From NCBI GenBank assembly GCA_037447605.1, contig CM074822.1, forward strand, positions 1,635,492-1,699,491: 64,000 nt of DNA, written 5' to 3'. The notes under the pieces were generated by a model. That model had not been told where the DNA came from, did not search any database, and saw only the letters and a program-made list of their open reading frames with translations. Positions 58,865 to 64,000 of this stretch are shown here, one piece after another; the stretch's first letter is position 1, and every line of letters starts with the position of its first letter. The stretch is from Zygnema circumcarinatum SAG 698-1b. Taxonomy: Eukaryota > Plantae > Zygnematophyceae. Made by a program: the position numbers and the translations under genes.

Positions 58865-61553
58865 ATGGCTACCTCTTACACCTCTCCAGTGTCCTCCGTC
58901 TCTCTCACGCGCGCCAGCCCCCTCCTCTCCCACTCCTCCCTCGCCAACGCAGCCCTGCAGCTCACTGTTAGAACCCCTGTAAGCGCTGCCGCGAAGCTCA
59001 ACCGCCATAGATACAGCGGCAGCCTGGAGGCTCCGCTCTGGCGCCATGGCCATGGCTTCAGCAGACGGTCTGAAAGTCGTCTGAGAAGACCTTCCGGCAG
59101 CCATGGCAAAAAGCCTCTAACTGCTGTGAATGCGGCGCAGGCTCCTGCTGCTGGAGGGCCCTCCGACATGCCTCTGCCTGCTCTTGCAGACGACGAATTT
59201 GCAGTGCAATGGGCGAGAAAGCCGCGGCGTATTGCGCTCTTTGTGGAGCCATCTCCCTTTGCGTAAGATTTGGCATTGGTTTGAGGCTCCAGACATGCTT
59301 TTATGATTTAGGGTTATGGATTCGATCACTGCAGAAAGTATGTGTGGCAGTAATGTCTTTCCTTCTTGCCTTTAGGGCTTCAGGATTTGAAGAAGGCGTT
59401 GGCTTTGATCTTGGAAGGATTGGAGATAGACGACTTTGTAGGCAAAAAGTAATACTCTGACTTGACTTCACTTGAGTTGACAATGTGACTTCTTTTTCTT
59501 CTTTGAAATTATTTTTCCTTGAGAGAATTGAAAGTAATGGTTTGTAATGTACTTCAACTGGTAGGCTCAAGTATTTTCAGAGCATATATCGCAGCCCTTT
59601 CTCTCGCCGTCTGCTTGCCCTCTCTAATTTGTTGTCAGTATGAAGATGCTTGCTCACCTTTTCGGTTTTTTACTTACTTTGTGGCTTTTCTCTTTCTTCT
59701 CTTTCGTCTCGTGTTTCCTGCGCTGTCTCTCTCATTCGCACTCTTTTTCTCTCCTTCTTTCTCTCTCTCTCTCTCTTTCTTTTTCTCTCTCCCTCTCTCT
59801 CTTCACTCACATACATGATGTTGAATTTTTGCAGGTACGTTTGCGGGTATAAGAATCGGTTTCAAAACTTCATTCGGTATTTGCGGGAAATGGGCGATGA
59901 GGTAAAGACAAACAAACGCTCAGGGAAAATCTAGGTTCATAAGAGGAAAATGTTTGTGCTGTCATTGTTCTTGTTTTTGACAAGGGAGAGAGGGAGAGAG
60001 AGAGGTTGGGGGAAGAGAGAGCTTTATGGAAAATAGACAGACGGGAGAGTGGGGGAGGGAGAGGGGAAAGACGAGATTGTCTCGTTGCAAGGGCCGGTGA
60101 CCATAATTGCTTTAGTGGGATGATGTATGTTTTTCTTTTTTTCTTTCTCACTAGGTGTTGATTATCACCACTCATAAGGGAGTGCCGAAGGAGTTCTATG
60201 GAGCAAAGGTTATTGGCTCGTGGAGGTTTGTTTCTATTTCCCGATTCAACGCTTGTGTTTTAATCAAAAGAAAAAAATTGCTTTTTGTATAACTAAATCA
60301 GTTTTTCGAAACCTGTTGAAAATGACCCTTTTTTTTGTTTACACAAAAATTGCAGAAGTTGGCGAGGTGAGAGAGTCGAGGGGGAGTGAGAGAGAGAGAA
60401 AGAGCGAGGGACAGAGAGAGAGGCTGTATAGAGAGAGAGGAGAAGAGAGAGAGAGTGACCCTACATAAAATGGAGAGAGATGCATAGATAGTGAAGCGGG
60501 CCTACATGGAACAGTGAGAGAGAGGAGAGAGAAAGAGAGAGAGGCTGCATGGAAAGGAGAAAGAGAGAGAGTGAGAGAAAGTTGCTTTGAGATTGGTGAG
60601 ATGTAGCGTGAACTTTTTTTCTTTCCGGTGTTCTCATCGCTACCTTCTTGCTTTCCAGCCAGTTCTTTCGTGATGTGAGGGCTTTTTGTTGACTGCAGCT
60701 TTCCCTGCCCGTGGTACAACATTCTTCCGCTGTCATTGGCGTTGAGCCCTCGCATTGTGAAGGCGGTGGCTGACTTCAAACCTGACCTCATTCACGCATC
60801 GTCGCCCGGTGTAATGGTAAGATACGAACTTACCAGTAATCATGCATATTATTATTAGGGAGGGGCTCCATTTTTTTAGCGTAGAGTGGACCAGTCACAG
60901 ACTGCCACGTCAGGAGATATGTAGACATCGCAAACCGTGATTGGCTTCCCTCTCGACAGAGTACCCTCAATGGAGACCCACCGTTATTGTCATTGTTATT
61001 GTTAATTGCTTAAAAAATAAACTTTTTTTAAACATCAGTATGTCATGATAAAGCCGTTTTAGCTCCAACTGTACAGAGCTGTTTGCCCGATGTGATTTAA
61101 CTTCATATATTCATATTCCCCTAGAACCCCATTTTTTTTTTAAATGATGATTTGAAAAAATCGCACAGGGTGAAATAACTTGATGGGGTTCTGCGTGCAT
61201 GCAGTGCATCGGAGCACTCATAATTGCAAAAATGTTGAGCCTACCGTTGGTTCTATCGTACCATACTCATGTACCTGTGTGAGTTTCCAATACAAAACGA
61301 TTTTTCAGCTCTTGAACTGTCAACTTTCTCTATATTTAGGTCAAGAGAAAGAGGGAGAAAGGGAGGGGGAGACCATTATCCTGTTACTCTTAGTCACTTC
61401 ACTTCTACTTTCAGGAAAATTTAGCTTTGTTTCACTCGCTAACTTTTAGTTTCTCATTGGCTGAATCGTTTTTTCGGTTAAGGCTTTCCTCTATATCAGA
61501 TTGAGAATGCCCAAAGATCCTTGACTGTACCTTAGATGTAGTTGTTTTCTCTC

Positions 61554-61590
<37 letters not shown>

Positions 61591-64000
61591 ACGTATATCC
61601 TTCGAAGGCAAATGCTCAAATCGGTGATTCTGGATGGTCCCTGCAGTGATTGCATTCCTGCATCAGATGCTCTTTAAGTTGCAGTTAACCCCATATTGTG
61701 AAGTTGGCTAATTCGAACTTCGTTTGTTTCCAATTTCTTGACTACTCGGCTTCTTGCATTCCCGCTGGGTATGCAGGTATATTCCAAAGTACACATTCGC
61801 ATTCTTGGTCGCACCAATGTGGGCTTTGATTAGTAAGTCTTAAGACTTTCCTGTGTATTCACTATTTACTAATTCAATGCTTATGGCTAGGTTAACCTCT
61901 GCGGTGAGTTGATTTGCTGCTGTACTCCTTTATCCCTCGTTCGTGTTAAAGTGTAACATTTGGCAATGTGAAGATAATAGAGCAAAGCGCGACCATGTTT
62001 CTTACACCTCTCTCTTTCTCTCTCTCCCTCTCTCTCTACTGGGCCGCAGCTCTTGTATTGGGGATTGACCTTTTTCCGAGAGTATGATTGGTGCAGGAGC
62101 ATTGCATCGAGCTGCGGATATCACTCTGGTCACATCCAACGCTTTAGGAAAGGAATTGGCTGCATACGGAGCTGCATTAAGTAAGTTAGGATTCCTCGTA
62201 ATATGTTAGAGGACCTCACTTTTGAGAGCAGTTGTTGGGTCAAATCTGTTCAGTGTGTGATCCAACACTGCTTGTCTAATACCTCGATGTTTTGTGGATG
62301 AAGAATGGTGTATTACAAACATGAGAGAGAGAAAAAGAGAGAGAGAGAGAGAGAGGGGGGAAGGTGGGAGAGAGACACTTGCTGGTAGTGTTTCCCCGTT
62401 ACTAGCGACAAGATTTAAGAGTCAATTGGTCATTCGTGTTTGTCTTTGAAGGAGTTCAAGCATCCATCAACCCTAGGAAACATGTGGGCTTTTCTTTATG
62501 AGCCATATTAGAGAAGCCGGTTAACCATTCAGTAAGCCATATTCTACGACTGACTTTAGCCTTTCCTTATTTGTTTGATTGTCTCTGTTTATTTTGTATC
62601 AATACAGCGGAGCGGATTAGAGTGTGGCGGAAAGGAATAGACTCCGAAAGCTTTCACCCGCGATTCAAAAGCTTTGAGACTCGCGAAAAGCTCACGTACT
62701 TTCTCTCGGCTCTTTCCCTGAGTTGGGTTTTTTTTTTTTTGGACTTAAAGTGGTTGGTTGAGAATGCCTATTTGGAGAATGTTCTTTTTCCTGCTTTTGT
62801 GTGCATCTTACTGCTTACTACTAGTTTTTCTCATTATTCATTTCCTTGGCTAGGATTTGCTGAATGTTGGAGGGATAGTGTCGACAGAGAGTATAGATAT
62901 AACGTTAATTGTAGACTAAATTTTGATGCTTTGAGTGGTATTCCTATTCATTTTGCAGGGGAGGGGAGCCACAAAAGCCACTGATTGTGCATGTAGGGAG
63001 ACTGGGAGCTGAAAAGAATTTGGACCTGCTCAAACCGTAAGTCTCTTTTCTGAAGAAATTCGCAGTAAATAGGGGGGGTCAGACTTAGCCCGGAGCGTAC
63101 TAAATTCCCGAATTTAGTATACTAAAAGTCAAAGTTTCGTGTACGAATTCCGGGTCGGGATCCCCGGCTCCGCTGTACACAGCCGTACCGAAATGCGTAC
63201 CTAGCCAATGCTTAATTCGCCCGACAGGCGTACTAAATTGATTTGGCCATGTGTTAAGTCTCACCCCCCCCTAATGGGTGTACTTCCTCAGCAAATATAT
63301 GTATTCTTCTTGCTTTGAAAATGCATGATATGATGTTTCCCTGAATTTCCGTTTCCCTCCCTTGTCTTTTTTTTCAATTAAAGAGCCTGGGAAACGTTCT
63401 TGTCTCACATGGTGTTTGTACGGAAACAGTTATGGCAGCACATTCACTACCATTGAGGGTGACACATGAAAAGTAGAACGCTGAAAATTTTCTGTCTTCT
63501 TATGCAGAATTTTGGAGAGGTTACCTGGGAGCCGGCTTGCCTTTGTTGGGGATGGCCCATACAGGTATGGAATTTTCTCGTTTTCCTTTGCTCTTTGATG
63601 CTGTATCTCTGTTTGTTGCTCGGGGTATCTCTATAGTATACAATCAGGGCGAAACTCCACTTTGAGGTTCAAATAAGCAGAAGATCACTGCTATTAAGTT
63701 GACATGGTCAGCTTTTAAGGTAGGACAGCTGCACTCTAAGAAAAATGAGCTTGTCTCCGGAGTTGCTATAGACTAGTTTTCATATATTATAGAGGCAATC
63801 CGTATCTAGTGAACCGGGGCTCGTGTGGTGCACATTTGTTAAAAAATGGTTTTGTTGTATTGCTCATATGGTTGGTCTTCATCTTGAACAGTCGAAGTGA
63901 TTACAAACTGCATTTTTAGGTTGCTTTAATGTTGGAACCCAGTGCGGCAAAATCATAGCGACATACTTAAGTGCTGAAGTTGTTGCCAAACATTTTTAAC
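58865..64000 (+). CDS. SQD2: Sulfoquinovosyltransferase SQD2 (GT4); 5' part only, at least 10 exons to ~63564, continuing beyond the window
   Basis: Transit peptide then KPRRIALFVEPSPFA/YVCGYKNRFQNFIRYLREMGDE/VLIITTHKGVPKEFYGAKVIGSW/SFPCPWY...PDLIHASSPGVM/...SYHTHVPV/YIPKYTF/...HRAADITLV/RIRVWRKGIDSESFHPRF/PLIVHVGRLGAEKNLDLLK/RLAFVGDGPYR. Confidence 0.96.
63072..63271. mobile_element. MITE (200 bp) in an SQD2 intron; TA target duplication, Tc1/mariner-type inferred
   Basis: Left end GGGGGGGTCAGACTTA versus right end TAAGTCTCACCCCCCCC (one mismatch), flanked by TA at 63070-63071 and 63272-63273. Confidence 0.8.

Overview
Eukaryotic green-plant (streptophyte) nuclear DNA with GT-AG introns and dense GA/CT microsatellites. 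The lineage is probably non-angiosperm, such as a streptophyte alga or early-diverging land plant (inference only). Nine host genes are supported: two convergent PsbS paralogues (1888-4346 +, 6060-7393 -), an ARM-repeat protein (10445-11941 +), a plastid-type GNAT acetyltransferase (14204-16016 -), a low-complexity coiled-coil protein (17876-21257 +), a ~19-exon PARP1 (23094-33007 +), a secreted Met-rich legumin-like bicupin (34938-37770 -), a HAD-IIIB/VSP-type acid phosphatase (38608-~41510 -) and SQD2 (58865 to beyond the window end, +). Positions 42657-57237 hold a Ty1/Copia tandem array (4 LTRs, 3 internal regions, one TTACG target-site duplication). It sits inside a long-TIR non-autonomous element, which in turn sits inside a dispersed TGACGTCA-rich repeat whose uninterrupted paralogue lies at ~9100-9560. 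A probable solo LTR (16502-17235) and a 200-bp MITE (63072-63271) are also present. The most interesting candidates are a seed-storage-like module (RY + G-box promoter, Met-rich globulin, adjacent VSP-type phosphatase), the three-level TE nesting and the divergent PsbS pair. N gaps and indel-rich patches suggest the Copia copy number may be partly an assembly artefact. Exon coordinates were read by eye and may be off by a few bases.
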